A DNA stretch of 61,366 nucleotides, counting the filler. It is 6 parts of 6 records of this genome, joined end to end, with 100 filler letters (N's around TTAATTAATTAA, not from the genome) between each part and the next. Parts side by side here need not be neighbours in the genome. Positions count along the whole stretch, not along the records: positions 37,722 to 50,554 come from SRR2962707_1873; positions 50,655 to 61,366 come from SRR2962707_1879; 4 more parts are not named here. The stretch is one strand, 5' to 3'. The translations under genes were made by a program, and so were the position numbers. The notes under the pieces are model-generated. The model did no database searches, was not told where the DNA came from, and saw only the letters and a list, made by a program, of their open reading frames with translations. Shown here piece by piece: positions 50,279-59,040 of this stretch (its first letter is position 1; every line of letters starts with the position of its first letter).

Positions 50279-50554
50279 ATGCCGCTGTCCGTTCCCACCC
50301 TGGACACCGCCCGCGCTACCTTCGACAACGCCCGTCAATGGATCACCCGTCCGCGCCCCCTGATTCAGGCGCAAACCACGCCTTTTCAAGTCATCCATGA
50401 CGACGGGCTGGCCCGGCTGCGCTACTACCCACCACTGACGGAAACCGCTATCCCGCTGGAGGACGGCAGCGAGCTGGTGGTAAGTACACAACGACAGCGT
50501 ACCCCCCTGGTGCTGGTGCCGCCGCTGGCGGTGAACATGCTGATCTACGACCTG
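50279..50554 (+). CDS. Alpha/beta hydrolase, PhaC-like (3' truncated)
   Basis: QTTPFQVIH..GLARLRYY and PLVLVPPLAVNMLIYDL, typical of class III PhaC-like N-termini. Confidence 0.7.
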
Positions 50555-50654
50555 NNNNNNNNNNNNNNNNNNNNNNNNNNNNNNNNNNNNNNNNNNNNTT
50601 AATTAATTAANNNNNNNNNNNNNNNNNNNNNNNNNNNNNNNNNNNNNNNNNNNN
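50555..50654. other. Artificial contig spacer
   Basis: N-run with TTAATTAATTAA. Confidence 0.98.
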
Positions 50655-50655
50655 C

Positions 50656-51024
50656 ATGCGTCTGGTCGGCACCACCAAGTCGACGATCGAATCCGTGCGC
50701 GAAAACACCCATTGGAACGCGGCGAACCTGACCGCCATGGACCCGGTTACTCTCGGGCTCTGCTCGCAGATGGAACTGGACATGGAAGTGCGCAAGGCAG
50801 CCCGCATCGCCGGCATTGCCGAAGATGCACCCGAAGGCACACGGCTGATGACCGCTGAAGAAGCGCTCAACCGCGCCCAGTATGAGCCCGAGGAGGGTGA
50901 AGAGGCAGCGCACACGCCCGCTCAGGACAATTACGATGCCGAGCGCGAGGCCGAGTCGGTCTTTGCCAAGCTCAAATCGCTCAAAGGCGCCGACGCCGAC
51001 TCTGACGCCGACGATCGGGAATAA
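50656..51024 (+). CDS. DUF1013 family protein (TrcR-like), C-terminal part
   Basis: RLVGTTKSTI.SVR..THWN..NL..MDPVTLGLCSQ motif. Confidence 0.85.
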   Translation: MRLVGTTKSTIESVRENTHWNAANLTAMDPVTLGLCSQMELDMEVRKAARIAGIAEDAPEGTRLMTAEEALNRAQYEPEEGEEAAHTPAQDNYDAEREAESVFAKLKSLKGADADSDADDRE

Positions 51025-51046
51025 TCTTCCCGCGATAGCTTTTCAG

Positions 51047-51081
51047 AACGGCCCGCTGCCAGATCGCAGCGGGCCGTTTTT
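51047..51081 (+). terminator. Intrinsic terminator
   Basis: AACGGCCCGCTGC-cagatc-GCAGCGGGCCGTT followed by T tract. Confidence 0.85.
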
Positions 51082-51108
51082 GCTGGCCGGACTTGACATC
51101 AAGAGCGT

Positions 51109-51906
51109 TTGACCGCGCTATGCCGCTCCGTTCCTCGACCAGTCCTCATATTCCAATTGTCTTTCTTTCTTGTCGCTGCGCTCGCAGTCTTTCTCGTCGC
51201 CCTGTCGAAATCCGGACTGGTTGCAAGCCTTGGCGTCATCGGTGTGCCTCTGCTTACGCTGGTGATGCCGGCCCGCGATGCCGCTGGCATGATGCTGCCC
51301 CTGCTGATCGTCATGGACGTCATCGCGCTGATCGCCTATCGGCGTGAGGTCAATTGGAAAGTGTTCTGGATCCTGCTGCCCGGCGCACTGGTGGGCACGC
51401 TCGTCGCCTTCTCGCTTTCGGCTGTCGTCAGCGAGGCCATGGTACGCTTGGCCATCGGCCTGATTACCCTGGCGTTCGTGCTCGACGCTTGGCTTCCGCT
51501 GCGCAAGAAGCTCGAAGATCTGCCCCCGTCCCGGCCATGGGGCACGTTCTGGGGCGGCGTTGCCGGTTTTACCAGTTTCGTGAGCCACACCGGTGGCCCG
51601 CCTGTCCAGATCTACATGCTGCCCATGCGGCTTCCCCCCGCGCTTTTTGCGGGCACCAACGCCGTGTTTTTTGCAGTGGTCAATGCGAGCAAGATTCCGT
51701 TTTATTTCGTGCTCGGCCAGCTCTCGCTCTCAAATATGCAGGCAGCGCTTTATCTGGTGCCCGTGGCGATTTTGGGCATGCTTCTGGGCGTGTTTCTCGT
51801 CCGCCGCATCGACGCCGGACTGTTCTATCGCGTGGCCTATATCCTGATCTTCCTTCTGGCACTCAAGCTGATCTATGACGGGATCGCCGGACTGTTTTTT
51901 GCCTGA
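51109..51906 (+). CDS. Sulfite exporter TauE/SafE family membrane protein (start uncertain, possibly TTG 51157)
   Basis: LSKSG, MLPLLIVMD, GFTSFVSHTGGPP, VNASKIPFY; about 8 TM helices. Confidence 0.85.
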   Translation: MTALCRSVPRPVLIFQLSFFLVAALAVFLVALSKSGLVASLGVIGVPLLTLVMPARDAAGMMLPLLIVMDVIALIAYRREVNWKVFWILLPGALVGTLVAFSLSAVVSEAMVRLAIGLITLAFVLDAWLPLRKKLEDLPPSRPWGTFWGGVAGFTSFVSHTGGPPVQIYMLPMRLPPALFAGTNAVFFAVVNASKIPFYFVLGQLSLSNMQAALYLVPVAILGMLLGVFLVRRIDAGLFYRVAYILIFLLALKLIYDGIAGLFFA

Positions 51907-51971
51907 AACCGGGCATTAAAAAAGGCCGCAGCTTTCGCCGTGGCCTCACAGAAATCGCAAGTTTATGGACC

Positions 51972-52148
51972 TTAGTGAGCGGTCTCGTACTGAGCACGCA
52001 CCAGCTGGTCCTTAAGTTCCAGTTTCTTGCGCTTGAGAGCGGCGATCAGCAGCGCATCGCGGGCCGGATGGCGCAATTCTTCGCTGATTTTTCGTTCCAG
52101 ATCCTGATGCCGCCGCTCCAGGGAAGTGATGTAAGTCTGTGAGGTCAT
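51972..52148 (-). CDS. DUF465/YdcH family small protein
   Basis: LERRHQDLE...LKRKKLELKD; AAGGAG RBS. Confidence 0.85.
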   Translation of the reverse strand: MTSQTYITSLERRHQDLERKISEELRHPARDALLIAALKRKKLELKDQLVRAQYETAH

Positions 52149-52363
52149 GGCCACTCCTTTCATCATTGGACGACAGTATCGTCACATTCTTTGCGGCCTT
52201 TGTCCAATGGCAAATCTGTGGCAGAAAGGAGCTGGAGTGCGTGGGGGAAAAGGTGCAGATTTTCCAGGTTCGACCGCACGAGAAAACAATGGCTTAGAGT
52301 GCCGGGCCGATCGTATAGGAGCGGATCGCGCTCTGATACGGGGTCCCGTGGGGAAAAATAATT

Positions 52364-52579
52364 ATGCTGCCATTGGACAGGGAAATCGAAGCGCGGCTTG
52401 GACTTGAGCTGGCCACCAAACGCCAGGAGCACGCCGATCTCGATGCGGCGATCCATACCCTGACGGCGACCGGGCTCGCCGACATCACGCTGATCCAGCG
52501 CCTCAAAAAACGCAAACTGGCGCTCAAGGACCGCATCGTGGAGATCGAGCGGATCATCCTCCCCGACATAATTGCATGA
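52364..52579 (+). CDS. DUF465/YdcH family small protein
   Basis: EHADLDAAI...IQRLKKRKLALKD...PDIIA. Confidence 0.88.
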   Translation: MLPLDREIEARLGLELATKRQEHADLDAAIHTLTATGLADITLIQRLKKRKLALKDRIVEIERIILPDIIA

Positions 52580-52592
52580 CATTATGTTAAGT

Positions 52593-52607
52593 TGACTTTG
52601 GTAATCA
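52593..52607. promoter_or_regulatory. Candidate RirA iron-responsive operator (IRO, TGA-N9-TCA)
   Basis: TGActttggtaaTCA, 41 nt upstream of the siderophore-interacting protein start. Confidence 0.6.
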
Positions 52608-52648
52608 TCATTTGTAATCCAACCTCAAGCTTTTGAGGATGACCTGAG

Positions 52649-53461
52649 ATGACCCAACATTCCCGCCTTGTCGAACGCGTTCGCCATGAACTCAAATTCC
52701 GGGTAGCAAAGGTGCTCAAGTCGGAGCGCATCACACCCCAGATGGCGCGGATCACGCTCGCTTCGGACGATTTCGAGAGCTTCATTTCCCTTGCCTATGA
52801 CGATCATTGCAAGGTGTTTTTCCCCGAAGCGGGCGCAACCGGCTTTCCGGTTCCCGAGCGTGGGGAAAACGGGCTCGTTTTTCCCGACGGCAAACGCCCC
52901 GAAGCGCGCGACTACACGCCCCGCTACTATGACAACGCCGCACGCACCCTGACGCTCGATTTCGTGCTCCATGGTGATGGCGCCGCTTCGGGCTGGGCAC
53001 AAGACGCAAAGCCCGGCGACACGATCGGCGTCGGCGGGCCGCGCGGCTCGTTCGTTGTCCGGGGCGATTTCGACTGGTATCTGCTCGTCGGCGATGAAAC
53101 CGCGCTGCCGGCCATTTCCCGCAGGCTCGAGGAATTGCCGCGCGACGCACGTGCCATCGCCGTCATAGAGATTGCCGACAATGGCGAAATCCAGAAGATC
53201 GACGCACCGGAAAATGCCGAAATCCATTGGCTGAGCCGCGAAGGCGCCGAACCGGGCGATCTCCACAAGCTGCTTGGTGCCGTCCAGGGCCTGGAACTGC
53301 CGCAGAGCGACGGCTACGTCTTTGTTGCAGGCGAAAGTGCCATGAGCAAAGCGGTGCGCCACCACATGGTGGAGGAGCGCGGGCACAATCCCGACTGGAT
53401 CAAGGCGGCCGGCTACTGGCAGGCCGGCAGCGAGGACTTCGACGACGGCCACGCACATTAG
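52649..53461 (+). CDS. Siderophore-interacting protein (ViuB/YqjH family)
   Basis: DDHCKVFFP, RDYTPR, DFVLHG.G.AS.WA, GPRGS, GDETALPAI, AGE, GYW. Confidence 0.93.
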   Translation: MTQHSRLVERVRHELKFRVAKVLKSERITPQMARITLASDDFESFISLAYDDHCKVFFPEAGATGFPVPERGENGLVFPDGKRPEARDYTPRYYDNAARTLTLDFVLHGDGAASGWAQDAKPGDTIGVGGPRGSFVVRGDFDWYLLVGDETALPAISRRLEELPRDARAIAVIEIADNGEIQKIDAPENAEIHWLSREGAEPGDLHKLLGAVQGLELPQSDGYVFVAGESAMSKAVRHHMVEERGHNPDWIKAAGYWQAGSEDFDDGHAH

Positions 53462-53550
53462 AGCGTTTCCAGGATAGGTGGAAACCACTTATCCGGTTCG
53501 GACCCGAGGGGCGGCGCAAGCGAAACGCGACACGGCATGGTCTTAGAGCC
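53459..53550. repeat. RIME/BRU-RS-like rhizobial intergenic repeat
   Basis: TAGAGCGTTTCCAGGATAGGTGGAAACCACTTATCC...GAAACGCGACA...TAGAGC; internal palindrome; supplies the upstream stop codon. Confidence 0.6.
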
Positions 53551-53561
53551 GCGTCCCGGCG

Positions 53562-55874
53562 CTATGCGATGGCCTCGCTTTCCTCGGCCTCGCGCCGTAC
53601 GAAGATGTCTCTGATTTCAGTGGCAAGCGGCACGACGGCTTTTTCGAGCAGATCGATTTGCGCTTCGTCGTAGAGCCTCGGCGCTTGATCGAAAGTCGCC
53701 AGCACCGCGCCCAATTGTCCGTCTTTGAGCGGAACAGGTACGCCCGCATAGGCCCTGACCCCGCTTTCCACGACGCTGCGCAGATGGGCATAAGGAGAGT
53801 GCTGCAGATCTTCGATGATCAGCGTGCCTGATCCATCGAGCACCGCGTGAGCCAGATGCTCGGCATGGCTTATGTCGGGTCCATCGGCGCCTGAACCGAT
53901 CAGGGGCACGACGGTCACCATCGCCACCGTGGTCTTGGCGGACTGTGCCAGCCTCCGCAACGAACGAGCGATGTCGGGGTCTGCCGCGGCCTGGGCCGAA
54001 ATCGCCCGGGCCGAAAGGCGCAATTGCGGAACTGTGTCGAGGTTATCGGCGTCGACCATGTCATGCCCACCCAGCGCCAGGGCGATCGCGTGCTCTGCCA
54101 GAGCAATCGAATGAGCCAGAACGTCGATCTCGTCGGCTGCGCCGTCCCCCTGCCCGGCCTTGTAATCGGGGTGGAAATAGCCGGCGACCACGACCATTTC
54201 CGGTTTGATCCGCTTGAGCCGGCGGGCAGCATAGCGGGCGTAGATGTCCGGCTTCTGCCCGAGATAGCAAAGGCACGCGACCTCGGTCTGCGACAGGTCG
54301 ATCTGGGCTATGCCCTCCTTGCGCAGCGCCACTGGCGCCATCACCTGAGCTGAAAAGCCACGTGCCCGCACCCGCTCGGCCACCATGAGCGCCATGGCCT
54401 GATCGAGTTCGGTCTTGCCTCCGAAAACCCGGATACGCGCATCCTCCCCGCCACTTTCGGTCTCGGCTTCAGCAATATCGTCAAGCACCTCCGAGAGCGT
54501 CTCGACGACACGATGACGATGGGAGGGATCGGCAAGGTCGCCCGCGATATCGGCTTCGGCCAGCCGCAGGGCCGGCACGGCAATATCGTCGTAAAAGGCC
54601 GCGATCCCGTCCTTTTCGATTTCGCGGTCGGCAAGCTCGATGGCTTCCTCGACATTGGCCGAGATCAGTCTTTGATAAAAGCGCTCCTGCGGCAACAGCA
54701 CCGGTGCACTTCCCAGAATAGTCTCGATAAACCCCAGCCCCGGCACATAGCGCGCCATGACGACGATACACACGGTCAGCGGCATGGAAACGATCAGCCC
54801 GATCGGGCCCCACAGCGTTGCCCAGAACATTGCCGCGACCAGCACCGCCAGCGGGGTCAGCCCTGTCGATGTGCCGTAGAGCCGCGGCTCGATGATGTTG
54901 TTGGAGACCACTTCGAGCACGAGATAGAGCCCGATGACGCCAAACAGCATCGTCCAGCCCGGATCGACCGCTATGGACAAGAGGATAGGGATGGTGACGA
55001 TCATGAGCGTGCCCACGAACGGAATGTAGCGAAAGACCGAGGCCAACAGGCCCCAAAGGATCGCATTGGGCACGCCAAGAACAAAAAGGCCCGCCCCGAA
55101 CAGCGCCCCATAACCGGCGCTGATCGTCGCCTGCGCCAGAAGATACCGCCCGACGCGGGCGCTGGCCTCGTTCATGGCTTCGGTGCTGGCGCGCAGATCG
55201 CCACGGCTGGCCAGTTTGAGAAACCGGTCGCGCAATTCCTCGCGTTCGAGCAGCAGGAATATGAGGAAGATCGTGACGATCAAGACCGAGGCAAGTGGGC
55301 CGATGATCGAGAAAAACACCGCCTGTGCCGCTTCGAGCGAGCCCATGCCGTCATTTGCGATGACGACCTGAATCGGTTCAGGCCCCTGTTCGGTCAGGTT
55401 GTCGGCACTGGCCTCCACCTGCGCGCCCAGCCGTTCGAATGTGGCAACGAGCCTGTCGATAACCTGCCCGCCCCCCAACGTCTCCTGCAGCATCCGCAGC
55501 TTTTCGCTGATCGTTGCCTGATAGCGCGGCAAATCTGATGCGAGCGAAAGCATCTGAGAAAACGCCAGGTAGGCGACGCCCGAAATCAGCGCAATGACCG
55601 CAAATACCGAAGCGATGACAGCAGCGATATGGGGCGTGCCAGCCCGCCGCAGGCTGTGAACGACAGGGCCAAGCGCAAAGGCAAGCAGCACGGCCAGAAC
55701 CAGAGGCACGAAAATACCGCGCCCCAGATAGAGCACGGCGACAATCAAAACAAAGGTCAGGATCGCTGCGACAGGCTGGATGCCGAGCAGCGAAGGCGCC
55801 GGACTGACCGGCGGTTTCGTATCCATATCTATCCCCATGCCCCCCTTGGGCTCGGGTTTAGAATGTTTGGCCAC
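53562..55874 (-). CDS. AI-2E family transporter fused to helical cap, Rossmann-like and GAF domains
   Basis: AI-2E motifs (GVPNAILWG, RYIPFVG, IEPRLYG..TGL.P, WGPIGL..PLT), QERFYQRL segment, C-terminal GAF (VRAYAGVP); start may be 55838. Confidence 0.85.
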   Translation of the reverse strand: MAKHSKPEPKGGMGIDMDTKPPVSPAPSLLGIQPVAAILTFVLIVAVLYLGRGIFVPLVLAVLLAFALGPVVHSLRRAGTPHIAAVIASVFAVIALISGVAYLAFSQMLSLASDLPRYQATISEKLRMLQETLGGGQVIDRLVATFERLGAQVEASADNLTEQGPEPIQVVIANDGMGSLEAAQAVFFSIIGPLASVLIVTIFLIFLLLEREELRDRFLKLASRGDLRASTEAMNEASARVGRYLLAQATISAGYGALFGAGLFVLGVPNAILWGLLASVFRYIPFVGTLMIVTIPILLSIAVDPGWTMLFGVIGLYLVLEVVSNNIIEPRLYGTSTGLTPLAVLVAAMFWATLWGPIGLIVSMPLTVCIVVMARYVPGLGFIETILGSAPVLLPQERFYQRLISANVEEAIELADREIEKDGIAAFYDDIAVPALRLAEADIAGDLADPSHRHRVVETLSEVLDDIAEAETESGGEDARIRVFGGKTELDQAMALMVAERVRARGFSAQVMAPVALRKEGIAQIDLSQTEVACLCYLGQKPDIYARYAARRLKRIKPEMVVVAGYFHPDYKAGQGDGAADEIDVLAHSIALAEHAIALALGGHDMVDADNLDTVPQLRLSARAISAQAAADPDIARSLRRLAQSAKTTVAMVTVVPLIGSGADGPDISHAEHLAHAVLDGSGTLIIEDLQHSPYAHLRSVVESGVRAYAGVPVPLKDGQLGAVLATFDQAPRLYDEAQIDLLEKAVVPLATEIRDIFVRREAEESEAIA

Positions 55875-55964
55875 CCAGATTCGTTCCGCACGACAATTGA
55901 CAACCCCCCGAGCAGGGCTAGTCTTGACCGCCTGTCAGATACTGGCAGCAAAGGAGTGGGCCCG

Positions 55965-56570
55965 ATGTTCGTGGAAACCATAGCCCCCGAGGACGCAACC
56001 GGAGAGATTGCGGCGCTCTATCGCGCCGACATCGAAGACATGGGTTTCGTCATGTCCGCGACGGAATGCTGGACAGCGCGGCCCGATTTTCTGCCCGTCT
56101 GGCACACCTTTTTAGAAAAGCTCAAGGGGGGCTTTTCGCTGCCGACGCGCGACTGGCGCCTTATCACGTTCATCGCCGCCAAACAGATACCCTCGAGCTA
56201 CTGCTCGGTGGTCTATGGACGCCTGTTGGTCGATGACCTGGGCTCCACCAGGATGGTAAAAGCCGTTCAGGCCGATTTCCGCAATGCCGGCCTGTCTGGC
56301 CGCGACGTTGCCATGCTCGACTACGCCGAAAAGATTGCCCTTAACGCCTACCGCATTACCGAAACCGACATCGCCGGGCTGCGCACCGTCGGCTTTAGCG
56401 ACGTCGAGATCGCCGACATCGCCCTGTGCGCTTCGCTGCGTTGTTTCATGGCGCGTTTTTTCGATGCGGTTGGCGCCGGGCCAGAAGCTGCCTTCGTTGC
56501 GCCCGATCCCGCGTTCGGGCACGCAATGGCCGTGGGCAGGCCGCTGGCTCGCACCGATCCGTCGGCTTGA
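55965..56570 (+). CDS. AhpD/carboxymuconolactone decarboxylase-like (peroxidase-related) protein
   Basis: PEDATGEIAALY, SSYC, DIAGLR.VGFSD.EI; AAGGAG RBS. Confidence 0.8.
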   Translation: MFVETIAPEDATGEIAALYRADIEDMGFVMSATECWTARPDFLPVWHTFLEKLKGGFSLPTRDWRLITFIAAKQIPSSYCSVVYGRLLVDDLGSTRMVKAVQADFRNAGLSGRDVAMLDYAEKIALNAYRITETDIAGLRTVGFSDVEIADIALCASLRCFMARFFDAVGAGPEAAFVAPDPAFGHAMAVGRPLARTDPSA

Positions 56571-56624
56571 ACGGGCGCACGATATCGGATACAGCCACGC
56601 TTTAGCCAATTGAGGGCAGGGCTC

Positions 56625-57119
56625 TTGGTTTCATCTCCCCCCATCGCCATCGTCATGGGCAGCCAGTCGGACTGGCCCACAATGCGGTTTGCCGCCGAAA
56701 CGCTCGAGGCGCTAAGGCTCGACTATGAGGCGCGTATCGTTTCGGCGCACCGCACGCCGCTGCGCATGGTCGATTTCGCCACAACGGCGCGCGAGGATGG
56801 CTTTAAGGTCATCATCGCCGGTGCCGGCGGCGCTGCCCATCTTCCCGGCATGATCGCATCGATGACCACGTTGCCCGTGCTCGGCGTGCCCGTGGAAAGC
56901 AAGGCACTGCATGGGCAGGACAGCCTGCTCTCGATCGTTCAGATGCCTGGCGGCGTACCGGTCGGCACACTGGCAATCGGCAAAGCCGGCGCCATCAACG
57001 CGGCGCTCCTGGCCGCCTCGATCCTCTCGCTGGCCGATGAAGAGCTGGCGGCACGGCTCGCCGAATGGCGCGCCCGGCAGACCAACGCAGTTGCGGAGTT
57101 CCCCAAGGACGATGACTGA
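56625..57119 (+). CDS. purE: N5-CAIR mutase
   Basis: [37 protein letters not shown]. Confidence 0.97.
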   Translation: MVSSPPIAIVMGSQSDWPTMRFAAETLEALRLDYEARIVSAHRTPLRMVDFATTAREDGFKVIIAGAGGAAHLPGMIASMTTLPVLGVPVESKALHGQDSLLSIVQMPGGVPVGTLAIGKAGAINAALLAASILSLADEELAARLAEWRARQTNAVAEFPKDDD

Positions 57120-58206
57120 CAGCCACCCCCTCCAGCCCGGCAGCCGTATCGGCATTCTGGGCGGCGGCCAGCTTGGGCGCATGCTCTCTCTTGCAGCAAG
57201 CCAGTTGGGCATGAAGACCCACATCTTCTGCCCAGACCCCGAAAGCCCCGCCTTCGACGTCACCCCCACCAAGACAATTGCCGGCTATGACGATGTCGCC
57301 GCGCTGCGGGCTTTTGCCGGTGGCGTCGACGTTGTGACCTATGAGTTCGAAAACGTGCCCCTCGCCACGGCAAAAGTCATCGCCGACAATGTGCCGCTCC
57401 GCCCGGGCGCCAGAGCCCTTGAAGTCAGCCAGGACCGCCTCGCCGAAAAGGCTTTCCTGAGCCACGCAGGCGTCGCCATCGCCCCCTATCGCGCGGTCGC
57501 TAGTCTCGACGAACTGCAAACCGCCGTCTCGGAAATCGGCCTTCCCGCCGTCCTCAAGACCACAAGGCTGGGCTATGACGGCAAGGGCCAGCGCATGCTC
57601 GGCAAGCCCGACGACCTCGAGGGCGCCTTCGCCGAACTCGAGCCCGGCGCCCCGCTTGTGCTCGAAGCCTATGTTCCGTTCGAAAAGGAAATTTCGGTCA
57701 TCGTTGTGCGCGGTGCCGATGGGTCGGTGGTCACCTATGACCCAGCCGAAAACGTTCACCGCAACCATATCCTCAAGACCTCGACGCTGCCCGCCACGGT
57801 TTCAGACGCAGTCGTCGCCAAGGCCCGCTCCGTCGCAGGCGATATTGCAGCCGCGCTCGACTATGTCGGGACCATGGGGGTCGAGTTTTTCGTAGTGTCC
57901 GATGGCGATGATCCACAGATCCTCGTCAACGAAATCGCGCCACGCGTCCACAATTCCGGCCACTGGACCCAGGCGGTCTGCGTCACAGACCAGTTTGAAA
58001 ACCATATCCGCGCCATTTGCGGCTGGCCGCTGGGCGACACGACGCGACTGGCCGGCGTGGTGATGGAAAACCTGCTCGGCGAGGAGATCTTTGCCACGGC
58101 CTCGCGCTCCGCGGCCGGCACCCAGCCCCACGTCTATGGCAAGGCCGAAGCGCGGACCGGCCGCAAGATGGGCCATCTCAACATCGTCAGGCTGCCTGAA
58201 AACTGA
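57112..58206 (+). CDS. purK: N5-CAIR synthetase
   Basis: [36 protein letters not shown]...GRKMGH. Confidence 0.97.
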   Translation: MTDSHPLQPGSRIGILGGGQLGRMLSLAASQLGMKTHIFCPDPESPAFDVTPTKTIAGYDDVAALRAFAGGVDVVTYEFENVPLATAKVIADNVPLRPGARALEVSQDRLAEKAFLSHAGVAIAPYRAVASLDELQTAVSEIGLPAVLKTTRLGYDGKGQRMLGKPDDLEGAFAELEPGAPLVLEAYVPFEKEISVIVVRGADGSVVTYDPAENVHRNHILKTSTLPATVSDAVVAKARSVAGDIAAALDYVGTMGVEFFVVSDGDDPQILVNEIAPRVHNSGHWTQAVCVTDQFENHIRAICGWPLGDTTRLAGVVMENLLGEEIFATASRSAAGTQPHVYGKAEARTGRKMGHLNIVRLPEN

Positions 58207-58367
58207 CAAAAAGCGCAGTTTCCGGGCCTCGCAGGTGGACACGACCCGACTCTTCTGGTAACTACCGCGGCCACGGTGACCGGCAAGTGTCGGTCGGCGC
58301 TGGATTGCTTTTGGCCTCCGGCGTTTGATATCAGCCGAAATTCTAACCGAAAGGGCGGGTGTTCCGC

Positions 58368-58592
58368 GTGCAAGTAGTCGTTCGCGATAACAATGTCGAT
58401 CAGGCGCTTCGGGCGCTGAAGAAGAAGTTGCAGCGCGAAGGTGTGTTTCGCGAAATGAAGCTGCGCAACTATTACGAGAAGCCCTCTGAAAAGAAGGCAC
58501 GGCAGAAGGCCGAGGCGATCCGCCGGGCCCGCAAGCTTGCTCGTAAGCGTGCACAGCGCGAGGCTGGTGTTGTAACCAGCGGCCGTCGCTAA
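58368..58592 (+). CDS. rpsU: 30S ribosomal protein S21
   Basis: [25 protein letters not shown]...YEKPSE; GTG start. Confidence 0.97.
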   Translation: MQVVVRDNNVDQALRALKKKLQREGVFREMKLRNYYEKPSEKKARQKAEAIRRARKLARKRAQREAGVVTSGRR

Positions 58593-58655
58593 GCGGGCTT
58601 CGCAAAGCGCGAAACCCCTTGCATCTGCGACTGTTCGACATGAACGTATTTGCAG

Positions 58656-58685
58656 AAAAACGCCGTCCCTCGGGGCGGCGTTTTT
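58656..58685. terminator. Bidirectional intrinsic terminator
   Basis: AAAAACGCCGTCCC-tc-GGGGCGGCGTTTTT. Confidence 0.85.
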
Positions 58686-58700
58686 GCGCCAGAGGATGAT

Positions 58701-59039
58701 CTAAGCCCCCGGCATGTCGAGGATCGGCATCACCTCAACGCCCTCACCCGGAAAATGGGTGAAGTGCGCGTGATTGCGAAACATCTCGGCTGCCGCGTCG
58801 TGGTCCGCCGCTTCGACAATCACATAGGCCGCAGCCGTGTTGGTGATGTCGAAAATGCCATCCGGGCCGACCTTCTTGGTCTTGCCCAGCGGGCCGCCGG
58901 GATCGACCAGGCGCGACGCGTTGGTTTCCATCCATTCGCCCCAGGCCGTCATGCCTGCGGCTTCGTCCACCCGGCCCTCGGCCTGAGCCTTTTCGGTGGC
59001 CGTCGCGGTTCCCGTATAGATCGCCAGAAATTTAGCCAT
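58701..59039 (-). CDS. YciI/DGPF-like dimeric alpha-beta barrel hypothetical protein
   Basis: MAKFLAIY, AW.EWM, VDPGGPLGKT, IVEA.D.DAA..F..H.H. Confidence 0.7.
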   Translation of the reverse strand: MAKFLAIYTGTATATEKAQAEGRVDEAAGMTAWGEWMETNASRLVDPGGPLGKTKKVGPDGIFDITNTAAAYVIVEAADHDAAAEMFRNHAHFTHFPGEGVEVMPILDMPGA

Positions 59040-59040
59040 T

